From an uncultured cyanobacterium (GTDB lineage: Bacteria; Cyanobacteriota; Cyanobacteriia; PCC-9006; JAAUQQ01): a DNA stretch of 64,000 nt. The stretch lies in assembly GCA_963718615.1 (NCBI GenBank), contig OY970368.1, positions 1,440,001-1,504,000 of the forward strand, in the 5' to 3' direction. A program made the translations under genes and the position numbers. Of this stretch, positions 1 to 10,208 are shown piece by piece. Within the stretch, counting starts at the first letter, position 1. Every line of letters begins with the position of its first letter. The notes below the pieces were generated by a model. It was not told the origin of the DNA, made no database searches, and was given only the letters and a program-made list of their open reading frames with translations.

Positions 1-1994
1 TGGATCACCATGGCATTGAGGAATCATTGGCTCAGTTCACCCAGCAACCTGGAGCCCAAACTCGCCTTGCCAAGGACGAATTGCTGGCCTATGCCCCCTT
101 CCGTGATTTTGAAGATACCTTCTTGAAAGAATTGCCGCCGCTGGATTGGAAGGCGGTGGTGGCCATCGACCGAGATGTGGCCTTTTCGGTGCAGCGCAAT
201 CTTTTGTTGAGTGTGATGGTGGGTAGTGCGGGGACGGCGTTGTTGCTGGCGGCGATCGCCAGTGTCGTTGCCAATCGTCTCACCAAGCCGTTGCTGGAAG
301 CGGTCCAAGCGGTGAAGGCCATGGGACAAGGACAGCTGGACGTGCGGTTACAGGTTCAGGGCGACGATGAGATCTCAACGCTTTCGAGCAATCTCAATCA
401 GATGGCCACGCAGCTCCAAGGGTTTACAAAGGAGCAGGCGGATGTGGCTCGGCGGGCCGCTTGGCTGAGCAACTTGGCCGCAGGGGCCGAAACCATGGGC
501 AAATCTGAGCTGGACCAAACCTTTGAGCGGGTTGTGGCAGAGGCTCGGCATTTACTGGCGGTGGACCGGGTGATGATCTATCGTTTTGGCCCAGAAGGAC
601 AGTTGACGGTGGCTCAGGAGGCGATCGAAACGGGCTGGCCCGAAGCCAAAGCCATGAATTTGGAGAGCCTGGAAATTCCCCTGGCCTTTGTCAATGCCTT
701 CCAGCAGGGCGAACCGGTGGCCGTTGCCAACTTTGCAACGCTGGAACTGCCGGAGTCCTATCAAAATCTGCTGATGGAGTTGCAGGTCCAATCAGAGTTG
801 ATTATTCCGATGATCAACGACGCGCAGCTCAGCGGCCTGCTGGTGGCTCAAATGGGGCGCACGCTACGGGATTGGCAGGAGTCAGACATCACGTTTATGC
901 AACAGTTGTCGGCTCAAATGGGAATTGCCCAGCTCTTGCAGGAAGTACAGACCGCTCGCAGTTTGGCCGAGAAAACCGCTCAAGAAGAGAAGGATCGTAC
1001 CGAAGAACTCCAGCGACGGGTGTTGCAGTTGCTGATGGAGGTCGATCCCGTCAGCCAAGGGGACCTGACGATTCGAGCGCGGGTGACCGAGGATGAAATT
1101 GGCACGGTGGCGGATTCTTACAATGCCACGATTGAAAGTCTGCGTCGGATTGTGAGTCAGGTCAAAGACGCGGTTCAGCAGGTATCCACCACGGCCATTA
1201 GTAGTGAAACGGCGGTACAAGAGCTGTCGGACGGTGCGAGCAAGCAGACCCAGGAAATTTCCGAGGCGCTCACCCAGATTCAGCACATGGCGGATTCGAT
1301 TCGGTCGGTAGCCAACAATGCCGCCCAAGCGGAGATCGCGGTACGGCAGGCAACGGAAATTGTGCAGACCGGCGACGCGGCCATGGACAAAACGGTGGCG
1401 GGGATCTTCACGATTCGCGAAACCGTGGGCGAGGCGGTGAAAAAGGTGAAGCGCTTGGGTGAGTCTTCCCAGAAGATTTCCAAGGTGGTCAACCTGATTA
1501 GCTCCTTCGCGGAGCAAACCAACCTGCTGGCGCTGAATGCCTCGATTGAGGCGGCCCACGCCGGAGAAGAGGGACGGGGGTTTGCGGTGGTTGCGGATGA
1601 AGTGCGATCGCTCGCCCGTCAGTCCGCAGCAGCAACGGCGGAAATCGAAGCACTGGTGGCCGAGATTCAGGCGGAGACCAACCAGGTTTCGGCAGCCATG
1701 GAATCAGGAACCGAGCAGGTGGTTGCCGGTACGCAATTGGTGGAAGCCGCTCGACAGCACCTGACCCAAATTGCCCAGGTGAGTTTGCAGATTAATGGTT
1801 TGGTGGCGGCGATCGCCCAGTCCACGGGTCAACAAACCGAGGCCTCTGCGCTGGTGTCCAAAGTGATGACCGAAGTTGCAGACATTGCCCAGCAAACCTC
1901 TAGTTCTGCAACGGCGGTGTCGGATTCCTTCCAAAACCTGGTGAACGTTGCCCAATCGCTCCAGCAGAGTGTGGGTCGATTCAAGGTGAGTTAA
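1..1994 (+). CDS. Methyl-accepting chemotaxis protein (HAMP-GAF-HAMP-MA), 5' truncated by window edge
   Basis: Frame is open back to position 3; TM then HAMP; GAF (VDRVMIYRF) without Cys; MA signature [34 protein letters not shown]. Confidence 0.95.
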   Translation, partial: DHHGIEESLAQFTQQPGAQTRLAKDELLAYAPFRDFEDTFLKELPPLDWKAVVAIDRDVAFSVQRNLLLSVMVGSAGTALLLAAIASVVANRLTKPLLEAVQAVKAMGQGQLDVRLQVQGDDEISTLSSNLNQMATQLQGFTKEQADVARRAAWLSNLAAGAETMGKSELDQTFERVVAEARHLLAVDRVMIYRFGPEGQLTVAQEAIETGWPEAKAMNLESLEIPLAFVNAFQQGEPVAVANFATLELPESYQNLLMELQVQSELIIPMINDAQLSGLLVAQMGRTLRDWQESDITFMQQLSAQMGIAQLLQEVQTARSLAEKTAQEEKDRTEELQRRVLQLLMEVDPVSQGDLTIRARVTEDEIGTVADSYNATIESLRRIVSQVKDAVQQVSTTAISSETAVQELSDGASKQTQEISEALTQIQHMADSIRSVANNAAQAEIAVRQATEIVQTGDAAMDKTVAGIFTIRETVGEAVKKVKRLGESSQKISKVVNLISSFAEQTNLLALNASIEAAHAGEEGRGFAVVADEVRSLARQSAAATAEIEALVAEIQAETNQVSAAMESGTEQVVAGTQLVEAARQHLTQIAQVSLQINGLVAAIAQSTGQQTEASALVSKVMTEVADIAQQTSSSATAVSDSFQNLVNVAQSLQQSVGRFKVS

Positions 1995-2066
1995 GGGGGT
2001 TAAGCCCAACCTTGACCTGGACGAATTTTCCCGTTTTCTATTGTTGACATCGCGTGAGCGGTTCCC

Positions 2067-5000
2067 ATGACCCAGACCCCTGCCAAATTTCAACATCCGG
2101 CTGATGGCGATGCCGCAGGTCGTGTGCCTAGCGATCGCCCCACCCTCGACATGACCGAGTTTACTTATTACGCCAGCCCATCGGCATCGCAGTTGCGGGG
2201 CCAAATGCAAACTTCTGCGGCACTGACCCTGGCCCATCAAGGTCCCCCCCGGCGCTCCAGTTCCCTCGGCCAGCGCTGGGCGAATCTGACCATGCGCAGC
2301 AAGCTGGTGATTCTGCTGTTTGTCAGCGCGGCAATCCCAACGTTGACCGTAACCCAGGGTCTGATTGCCTTGAATAAACACCGGGCGATTGAAGATGCCA
2401 AGGCCTTTGCGGCTCAGCAAGCAGGAGCCTTTCGCGATGAGTACGTGCTCTGGGCAGAAACCGATGCGATGGCTCGGGCCTCAAACCTAGCCCGACTGGT
2501 GGAGGCCACGGAGATCGATATCAATGACCCCAACGCCCTTGCCGCCAATGCCAGCACGCTGAAAAACTTTTTGACCCTCGACCCCGTGACCGATCCGGAG
2601 ACAGCCCAGAGTTTTCAGATGGTGGTCAATGCCCAGGGCAAAACCGTCGCCCAGGATATTCGGCTTTTGGCCACCTCGGGCAAAGTTCCAGTAACCCTAG
2701 AGGAATCATTGGCCGATCATCAAACGGTATCGGTCACTGCACCCCTGGGCCTAGATTTGCAACAGCAATTGCCCTTAGTTAAGTCCGTCCTCACGCAAGG
2801 ACAGCCCCAATCCGGGGTCGAAAGTTTGAGTTCGGACCTGGTCAAACAGTTGAAATTGACGGGACAACTGCAATTTGAGGACGAGCTGGTGGCTCGGGAG
2901 GGGAGAGCGTTGACGGCGATCGCCGTCAACCCCATTACCGATGGCAATGGCAAAACCATTGGTGCGGTCATCGTCGGGTCGTTGTTTAACAATAATTACC
3001 TGTTGATGGATACCTTCCGACTGCGTTATGCCGCCTCAGCGGTGGCCGTGTTTGATCGGGAGGTTCAAGTGGCAACCAGCGAACCCGGTGAACAGGGCAA
3101 GCTCCGGCAAACCCAGGTTGACCTCCCCATGACGGTGGAGCAACAGGTGCTTGACCAAGGCCAAGATATGCTACGCATCGACCAGCAAGGGGGGCATGGG
3201 TATTTGCACTATTACTCGCCCCTCTATGACGCCACTCAAGCGATCGATGAAACGGCTAAACCCGTCGGCATGACCTACGTGGGCCAGTCCTTGGCGGAGG
3301 TGGAAGCGCGCTTTATGCGGCAACAACTGTTTGCCTACGCCCTAGGGGGCGGCATGCTTTTGCTGTCGACCCTGCTTGCCTTACCGGCTGCGGGTTCGGT
3401 TGCACGCCCCTTGCAAAAACTCTCGGGCTTTATGCAGCGTGTAGGTCGAGGCGATCGCCGTCTTCGTCTGATGGAAGGGGATCGTCAAGATGAAGTCGGC
3501 TCATTAATGCGGTCCTTGAACCAAATGGTTTCGAGCTTGGAGCAGAACGAACATCAGCTCCAGCAGGAAGTGAATCGCAACCGAATTTTGTCCAAGATTG
3601 CCAATTTGCGCTCTCTCGATAGCCATGATTTGGCCGAGGGGTTGCAGGATGCCTTGGAAGAAGTGCGGACCTTTATCGATTGCGATCGCCTCGTCATCTA
3701 CCGCTGTGGCTCCACTGCCGAAACCGGACGGGTGGTCTACGAAGCCGGACTCGCGAACTGGCCCTCGGCAGTGGCGCTGAAGATTAGCGATCGCTGTATT
3801 CCCGAATCGGTTTTGCAAGCGTACCGGGCTGGTCAGGTTAAGGCCAATGCCGATGTGCTTAAGGCGGGATTTGGTCCTGAGCACCTCCGGCTCCTGGAAC
3901 AGCTCAAAATTAAAGCGAGTTTAATCGTTCCGATCCATAGCAACCAGGAACTCTACGGTCTCTTGATTGCCCATAGTTGTTCAAAAATTCGCAATTGGAC
4001 GCCGATAGAAACGGCGGTGATGCAGGCGGTCTCGGACCAAATTGCGGTCACCCTGGGCTACATTACGTTGCTCGAACAGCAGCGGTCGGCCCAGGAGACA
4101 ATCCAGCGGGATAAGGAAACCCTGCAACGCCGCGCCCTCGAATTGCTCCAGGAAGTAGACCCGGTTTCCCAGGGCGACCTGACTGTGCGCGCGCGGGTGA
4201 CAGAAGACGAAATTGGCACGGTGGCGGATTCCTACAACTCCACGGTCGAAAGTTTGCGCAAAATTGTCCGTCAGGTGCAGGGGGTTTCTGCCCAGGTGAG
4301 CGGTACGGCGATCGCCAACGACGTCGCGGTGCAAAATCTGGCCCAAGAGGCCCTGCGTCAGGCCGAGCAAATTACTAGCTCCCTGAGCCATATCCAATCG
4401 ATGACCGAAACCGTTCAGGCGCTGACCCAACAGGCCATGGCGGCCCAGACGGCAGTGGCCACAACCACCGCGACCGTGGAAGTGAGCGATCGCACCATGA
4501 CCCTCGCGGTGGAAGGGATGACCACCATTCGCGAAACCGTGGCGGAAACCACCCGCAAAATGGAAGGTCTCGAAGAAGCCTCCCAGCGGATTTCCCAGGT
4601 GATTCGTCTGATTAGTACGTTTGCGGCTCAGACCCACATGCTAGCGATGAAAGCCTCGATCGAAGCGGCCCGTGCCGGAGAACGGGGAGAGGGCTTTGCG
4701 GTGATTGCCGATGAAGTCCGCAGCTTGGCGGCCCGTTCGGCTCAGGCGACCGCCGATATTGAAGCAATCATCAACAGTATCCAGTTGGCCACCCAGGATG
4801 TGCTAGCAGCGATGGAGGTGGAGAACAAGCAGGTGGCGAAGGAAATGCAGCTCGTCGACGATACCCGCGTCAGTCTGACACAAATTACCGCCGCCAATGC
4901 CCAGGTGACTCAGTTGGTGACGGCGATCGCCCAAACCACCGAAACCCAAACCCAAGCCTCCGACGCCACCGCACGCACCATCGTTGAGGTCGCGGATCTC

Positions 5001-5108
5001 GTCCGCCAGACCTCGGCGGAAGCGAGCAAAGTGTCCGAATCCTTCAAGGGTTTGCTCCAGGCCGCGCAACTGCTGCAAGCGGAAGTGGCGCGTTTCAAAG
5101 TCGATTAA
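2067..5108 (+). CDS. Methyl-accepting chemotaxis protein with periplasmic sensor region and cyanobacteriochrome-like GAF (PixJ-like)
   Basis: Two TM segments, HAMP, GAF with DRCIP motif, MA domain ([34 protein letters not shown]). Confidence 0.92.
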   Translation: MTQTPAKFQHPADGDAAGRVPSDRPTLDMTEFTYYASPSASQLRGQMQTSAALTLAHQGPPRRSSSLGQRWANLTMRSKLVILLFVSAAIPTLTVTQGLIALNKHRAIEDAKAFAAQQAGAFRDEYVLWAETDAMARASNLARLVEATEIDINDPNALAANASTLKNFLTLDPVTDPETAQSFQMVVNAQGKTVAQDIRLLATSGKVPVTLEESLADHQTVSVTAPLGLDLQQQLPLVKSVLTQGQPQSGVESLSSDLVKQLKLTGQLQFEDELVAREGRALTAIAVNPITDGNGKTIGAVIVGSLFNNNYLLMDTFRLRYAASAVAVFDREVQVATSEPGEQGKLRQTQVDLPMTVEQQVLDQGQDMLRIDQQGGHGYLHYYSPLYDATQAIDETAKPVGMTYVGQSLAEVEARFMRQQLFAYALGGGMLLLSTLLALPAAGSVARPLQKLSGFMQRVGRGDRRLRLMEGDRQDEVGSLMRSLNQMVSSLEQNEHQLQQEVNRNRILSKIANLRSLDSHDLAEGLQDALEEVRTFIDCDRLVIYRCGSTAETGRVVYEAGLANWPSAVALKISDRCIPESVLQAYRAGQVKANADVLKAGFGPEHLRLLEQLKIKASLIVPIHSNQELYGLLIAHSCSKIRNWTPIETAVMQAVSDQIAVTLGYITLLEQQRSAQETIQRDKETLQRRALELLQEVDPVSQGDLTVRARVTEDEIGTVADSYNSTVESLRKIVRQVQGVSAQVSGTAIANDVAVQNLAQEALRQAEQITSSLSHIQSMTETVQALTQQAMAAQTAVATTTATVEVSDRTMTLAVEGMTTIRETVAETTRKMEGLEEASQRISQVIRLISTFAAQTHMLAMKASIEAARAGERGEGFAVIADEVRSLAARSAQATADIEAIINSIQLATQDVLAAMEVENKQVAKEMQLVDDTRVSLTQITAANAQVTQLVTAIAQTTETQTQASDATARTIVEVADLVRQTSAEASKVSESFKGLLQAAQLLQAEVARFKVD

Positions 5109-5184
5109 ATCTCTGCATGCCTCTTGATAGAGCCCTGCGGTTCCCCTGTTTTCTCATCATTGATTTTCAAAGGCTTCGCATACT

Positions 5185-8100
5185 ATGGCAGTTAATCCTG
5201 ATATCCACGATAGGGCCTATCAGTTCTTCATCGAAGAAGTCCCGGAACTGTTACAGGCGATCGAGAGAGGCATTTTAGAGCTGCGCCAGGACCGTAGCGC
5301 CAATATTGTCCATGAGGTCATGCGGGCAGCTCACTCGATTAAGGGCGGGGCCGCTAGCGTCGAGTTAGAGGCGATCAAGTGCATTGCTCACCGGCTGGAA
5401 ACGGCTTTTCGTGCCCTCTATGATGCCACGGTAGAAATTGACGTCGAGCTGGAGAGTCTGCTGCTCCAAGGCTATGACTGTTTGCAACAACCCCTCCAGG
5501 AGCAGATGGACACGGGGCGACATGATGCGGAGCAGGCCCTGGCGATCGCCACCCCCGTTCTAGAGGCGATCGAAGCCAAGCTGGGAGCAGAGGCCCTCAG
5601 CCACGCCGATAGCTATATTCCCAGTTCTTCGGATCTGGGCGTCGACATGGTGGTTTCCATCTTTGAAATCGATGTGGAGGAGGGCATTGCCCGCTTAGAA
5701 GAAGTGGCTGCCAACCCAACGGCGTTCCCGGTGGCGGGGGAATTGCAAACCCAGGCGGAAGTGTTTGCGGGATTTGGGGAACTGTTGGAGTTGCCTGGTT
5801 TTGGGGCGATCGCCCAGGCCGTCATGGATGCCCTCGACCACCATCCGACCCAAGCCACGGAAATTTTGCACTTGGCGCTAGTGGACTTGAAGGCGGCTCG
5901 GGATTTGGTCATGGGGGGCGATCGCGACCAGGGTGGTGCACCTTCGGCAGCATTGTTGGCCTTGGCCCAGGGTGCTGGCGCAGGGCGTGATGGACAGGAT
6001 AGGACGATGGAGTTGGAGGCCATGATGTCGGTCTCCAACAGTTTGGCAGATACAGGCGAGGCGATTGATGACGCAGATGACTTTTCCTTCTCGGATGCCG
6101 ATTTTGGCGAACCGCTCGATGGCGACGGGTTTAGCTTTGAGATGGACGATTCAGCCTTTGGGGAGTTGCTGAACTCGGCCAATGCTCTTCAATCGGTGCT
6201 TTCGGGCGAGCGAGGCATAGAGGAAGAACCCTCCGCCGATCCGTTCAGTCAAGGATTGGGCGAAGGATTGGGCGGAGGACTCAGTGAGGCGTTTGATGAA
6301 GAGTTCGCCGCTGAGGACGAATCTCAAAAGGTTGAGGATGTCTGGGAAGATGATCCTTGGGCTCCTCCCAGCACGGTGGCGGAGGAAACCACGGAAGGGG
6401 GGATTGATTTTGATGCTATTTTTGGCCGTATCGCCGAGGAAGAAGACTTTGGCGAATCAGGGGTTGAATCAGGAGCCGAGCCTATCCCTCAAGTTACAGC
6501 GGAGCCCATCAGCGAAGCGGTTGAATTAACGCCTGACGCCATTCTTGAACCGATTTCCGAACCCATTATTGAAGCGTCTACAACTGCATCCCCAATTGCA
6601 TCCCAGGACTTGAGTGATACGACTCCAACCGCAGATCTTAACAATCTTTTGGATGCGTTTGATTTCTCGGCAGTCGATGGCACTCACGACCCATCTGAGG
6701 AATTAGTCTCTGAGCCAACTGTTGAGCCTAAAATATTTGAGCAGACCTGGATTCAACAAATTGATGAGGGCACCTTTATCCAATCGGAGCGGTTTGATTC
6801 TGTTCCCATTGATGCCTTAGATAATGACTTGAATGAAGCTGAGGTGCATGCAACTGAGTTGCAGACAGCTGAGTCAGAGGCAGCTGGGTCAGAGGCGATC
6901 GCCCCCTCCCCCAAATCTCAAGATCATTTGCTCGCCCTTGGGGATTTAGCAGCATTTATCCCCCCCGCTGAAATCAATTCCGATGAAATTAATCCCTATG
7001 AAACGGCCCAGGTATTGTCCTGGCTTTCCGAGGATTCTAGTGAAAGTGATTTTGGCGAAAGTGATTTTGGCGAAAGTGATTTTGGCGAGAGTGATCCCAA
7101 TGCTCCCGTAGAGGCAGATTCAGCCTCCTCGGCCACTTCCCCATTCATACCCCCATTCGCAGAAGAGCCCGACCTCAAAGCCGCTGAAGCCGCACTGTTT
7201 GGCATTCCCTCCCCAACTCCCAGCAACTCACTCACCGATGCCGCAGTTCAGGTCGCCTTGGCCGAATTGCATGCCCAACAACCGGAGGGGTTCGACCCCT
7301 CGACGGAGGGCACTAATGTTGTAGGGTCTCCAACCCCGAGCGCTGTCGATCCAGCCCTGGAATCGATCATGGAATTGGTCGCAGAATCGGCCCTGGAATC
7401 GGCCACAGAGTCAGGAACAGAATCAACTACGGCATCAACGCTAGAATCGGTCATGGAATCGGCCATGAAGTCCGTGGAGGAGATGTTTGATCAACTTCCG
7501 GCGATCGCAGAACTCCCCGAGACTATGCTTGCCCCCCAAGCCGCAGCTGCCGCCTCTGCGGACCCAGCCGAGAGTTCAGCCGAGTCCGACAAGCCCGACG
7601 CCAAATCCAAGAGCCAACGCTCAGGCGCACCCCTCTCGGGCATCTCGGTGCGGGTAGACCTCGGTGTGCTGGAGCGGATGAATAATCTGGTGGGTGAGCT
7701 GATTCTCAGCCGCAACAGCGCGTCACTCCAGCATGAGCAACTGCAAACCGTCGTGGGACAACTGGCAAAACGGTTTAAGACGTTTGAAAGCCTAATTGAT
7801 GGGTTGCGGTCTGTTGCTGACCAAATGCTGGTGAAACCAGGATCTGTGAATTCAGCGCCGACAGCAGCGACACCGGCTGCTTCATTGGCCTCTCTGTTAA
7901 ATAACGGATTAAACAATGGTGACGAGGCCGCAGAAGGAACCTTCCTAGACGGTTTTGATGCCCTAGAAATGGATCGCTACAGCGATTTGCACGGTCAACT
8001 CCAATCGGTGTTTGAGGAACTCATGCAGTTGCAAGAAGGGGTAGACGATATTGATGTTCTGCTCGAACAATCAACCCAAAACTTAACGCAGCAGCGCCAA

Positions 8101-9687
8101 CGCCTGAGCCGTCTGCAAAATGAGCTGATGTGGGCAAGAATGCTACCCTTAGATGACATTTTGAGCCGGTTTCCTCGGGTTCTGCGGGATTTGTCGGCCA
8201 AGCATGGCAAAGCGGTGGATTTGAAGCTAGAGGGAACCCATGTGCTCGTGGACAAAGGGGTTCTAGAAAAGCTCAATGACCCGATGCTGCATCTCCTGCG
8301 CAATGCCTTTGACCACGGCATCGAAACCCCCGAATCTCGGAAAACCCAAGGCAAAGCCGAACGGGGGACGATCGCCATTCGCGCCTACTATCAAGGCAAC
8401 CAAACCGTCATCGAAATCAACGATGATGGCCGGGGTTTAAACCTCGACAAAATTGCCCGTCGTGCCCTAGAACTCGGCTGGCTGTCCCGCGAGGAACTCA
8501 AAACCATTCCCCAGCAGGTGGTTGCAGATTTAATTTTTGAACCAGGCTTTTCCACGGCGGATCAGGTCAGCGATCTCTCGGGTCGAGGCGTCGGTCTGGA
8601 TGTGGTGCGGGATCAGCTCAAGTCGCTCAAAGGCAGTGTCAGCGTCTCGTCCAAACCGGGCCAAGGCACTACCTTTAAGCTTAGCTTGCCGGTAACGTTG
8701 AGTGTGGCGAAGCTGATGGTTTGTCAGGTGGGACCGTTGGCGATCGCCCTCCCCTCCGATGCCATCGAAGATCTGCTCGTGCCAGAACCCCGCAAAATCA
8801 AAATGGTGGCCAATCAGCGTTTCCTCCACTGGCGAGATGACCTGATTTCCATTCACGCCCTCAGCGAAATGCTGGAGTACAACTGTCCTTTACCCGACGC
8901 CACCTCGCTCAAGAGTCTGACAGACTCAACGATTCCGGTGCCCCAAGACTGGGCCATGCCGTTGCTGATCTTTAGCCGCAACAACCAATGTTTTGCCCTG
9001 GAAGTCAATCGGCTGCTGATGGAGCAGGAACTGGTGGTCAAACCCTTTGGTCCGGCGGTGAGCCCCCCTCCCTACGCCTACGGCTGTACGATCCTCGGTG
9101 ATGGCCGCATGATTCCGGTGTTAGACAGCGTGGCCCTGTACAACGCCATCCAGGGTAACCCCCAGGAAACCCTCAGTGGGGTTGGGATCGAGTTGGGCGG
9201 CGATGCCGTAGAAGCGAAGGCAGCCCCAACAGCTATCCCCATGGCCCCCGTGGCGATCGCCCCTCCCCCCATGAGCACCGTCTCGACGATGCAAATGGCG
9301 AAGACGATCCTAGTGGTGGATGACTCCACCGCCATGCGCCGAACTTTAGCGCTGAGCCTCGAAAAAGCGGGCTATCGCGTGGTTCAAGCCGGGGACGGCC
9401 AAGAAGCCCTAGAGCAACTGCGCCAGAGCAATGCCATTCAACTGGTCATCTGCGATGTTGAGATGCCCAACATGAATGGGTTTGAGTTCCTCAGCCAACG
9501 TCGTCGCGAACCCCAACTGCTGGGTACCCCTGTGGTGATGCTGACCTCCCGTAGTAGCGACAAACACCGTCGCCTCGCACTTCAGCTCAATGCCGATGGC
9601 TACTTCAGCAAACCCTATGTGGAACAGGAATTTCTCAAGGCTATTCAAGGCATTTTGGAAACTACTCCCACGGCAATCACCCTATGA
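5185..9687 (+). CDS. cheA: Hybrid CheA-like kinase (Hpt, acidic linker, dimerisation, HATPase, CheW, REC)
   Basis: Hpt MRAAHSIKGGA; HLLRNAFDHGIE; GFSTADQVSDLSGRGVGLDVV; C-terminal receiver (ILVVDDS...CDVEMP). Confidence 0.95.
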   Translation: MAVNPDIHDRAYQFFIEEVPELLQAIERGILELRQDRSANIVHEVMRAAHSIKGGAASVELEAIKCIAHRLETAFRALYDATVEIDVELESLLLQGYDCLQQPLQEQMDTGRHDAEQALAIATPVLEAIEAKLGAEALSHADSYIPSSSDLGVDMVVSIFEIDVEEGIARLEEVAANPTAFPVAGELQTQAEVFAGFGELLELPGFGAIAQAVMDALDHHPTQATEILHLALVDLKAARDLVMGGDRDQGGAPSAALLALAQGAGAGRDGQDRTMELEAMMSVSNSLADTGEAIDDADDFSFSDADFGEPLDGDGFSFEMDDSAFGELLNSANALQSVLSGERGIEEEPSADPFSQGLGEGLGGGLSEAFDEEFAAEDESQKVEDVWEDDPWAPPSTVAEETTEGGIDFDAIFGRIAEEEDFGESGVESGAEPIPQVTAEPISEAVELTPDAILEPISEPIIEASTTASPIASQDLSDTTPTADLNNLLDAFDFSAVDGTHDPSEELVSEPTVEPKIFEQTWIQQIDEGTFIQSERFDSVPIDALDNDLNEAEVHATELQTAESEAAGSEAIAPSPKSQDHLLALGDLAAFIPPAEINSDEINPYETAQVLSWLSEDSSESDFGESDFGESDFGESDPNAPVEADSASSATSPFIPPFAEEPDLKAAEAALFGIPSPTPSNSLTDAAVQVALAELHAQQPEGFDPSTEGTNVVGSPTPSAVDPALESIMELVAESALESATESGTESTTASTLESVMESAMKSVEEMFDQLPAIAELPETMLAPQAAAAASADPAESSAESDKPDAKSKSQRSGAPLSGISVRVDLGVLERMNNLVGELILSRNSASLQHEQLQTVVGQLAKRFKTFESLIDGLRSVADQMLVKPGSVNSAPTAATPAASLASLLNNGLNNGDEAAEGTFLDGFDALEMDRYSDLHGQLQSVFEELMQLQEGVDDIDVLLEQSTQNLTQQRQRLSRLQNELMWARMLPLDDILSRFPRVLRDLSAKHGKAVDLKLEGTHVLVDKGVLEKLNDPMLHLLRNAFDHGIETPESRKTQGKAERGTIAIRAYYQGNQTVIEINDDGRGLNLDKIARRALELGWLSREELKTIPQQVVADLIFEPGFSTADQVSDLSGRGVGLDVVRDQLKSLKGSVSVSSKPGQGTTFKLSLPVTLSVAKLMVCQVGPLAIALPSDAIEDLLVPEPRKIKMVANQRFLHWRDDLISIHALSEMLEYNCPLPDATSLKSLTDSTIPVPQDWAMPLLIFSRNNQCFALEVNRLLMEQELVVKPFGPAVSPPPYAYGCTILGDGRMIPVLDSVALYNAIQGNPQETLSGVGIELGGDAVEAKAAPTAIPMAPVAIAPPPMSTVSTMQMAKTILVVDDSTAMRRTLALSLEKAGYRVVQAGDGQEALEQLRQSNAIQLVICDVEMPNMNGFEFLSQRRREPQLLGTPVVMLTSRSSDKHRRLALQLNADGYFSKPYVEQEFLKAIQGILETTPTAITL
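7042..7094 (+). repeat. 15-bp in-frame tandem repeat (GAAAGTGATTTTGGC, about 3.5 copies) encoding ESDFG in the CheA linker
   Basis: Directly visible tandem repeat. Confidence 0.85.
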
Positions 9688-10208
9688 CAAGCCTTCTCTC
9701 CAGAATCCAACCCTCTTCGGGCTCGGCCAATCCAGCCAGCGAAACCGGAGAACTGATCAAATTTGTGGTCTTCGCGTTAGGCTCACTCAGTCTGGCACTG
9801 CCGATGAAAGCCATCAGCCGCGTGGTCAACATGCCCCAGGTGCATAGCAGTGGCCTGCGGGCCGTGGGGGTCACGACGGTAGGCCAGATGGAGCTGACGA
9901 TTGTCGACTTGCACCGACAACTGTTTCAGACCTCGGCACCGACCTCGGATGAAAAACCGGGCTATCTCGTGATCTTGCCCACCCCTAGCGGGGAGCCGGT
10001 TGGCATTCCCATCGCCGAGACCCCCCTGTTGATGGATGTGCCCACCTCGGCAATTCGGGTGCTGCCTGCGGCCTATCGTCAGGCGGATACGCTTTCGATC
10101 GCCAGCCACATTGCTCGGATTCCGACGGAAACGGGAGAACTCCAGTCGATTTTTCTACTGGATGTGCAAGCAGTCATGGCGCTGCTGTCTATGGATCACC
10201 GCGCCTAG
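9684..10208 (+). CDS. cheW: CheW-like coupling protein
   Basis: ATGA overlap with cheA stop; CheW-like pattern (KFVVFALG..LALPM..ISRVV; LTIVDLH; FLLDV). Confidence 0.85.
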   Translation: MTSLLSRIQPSSGSANPASETGELIKFVVFALGSLSLALPMKAISRVVNMPQVHSSGLRAVGVTTVGQMELTIVDLHRQLFQTSAPTSDEKPGYLVILPTPSGEPVGIPIAETPLLMDVPTSAIRVLPAAYRQADTLSIASHIARIPTETGELQSIFLLDVQAVMALLSMDHRA

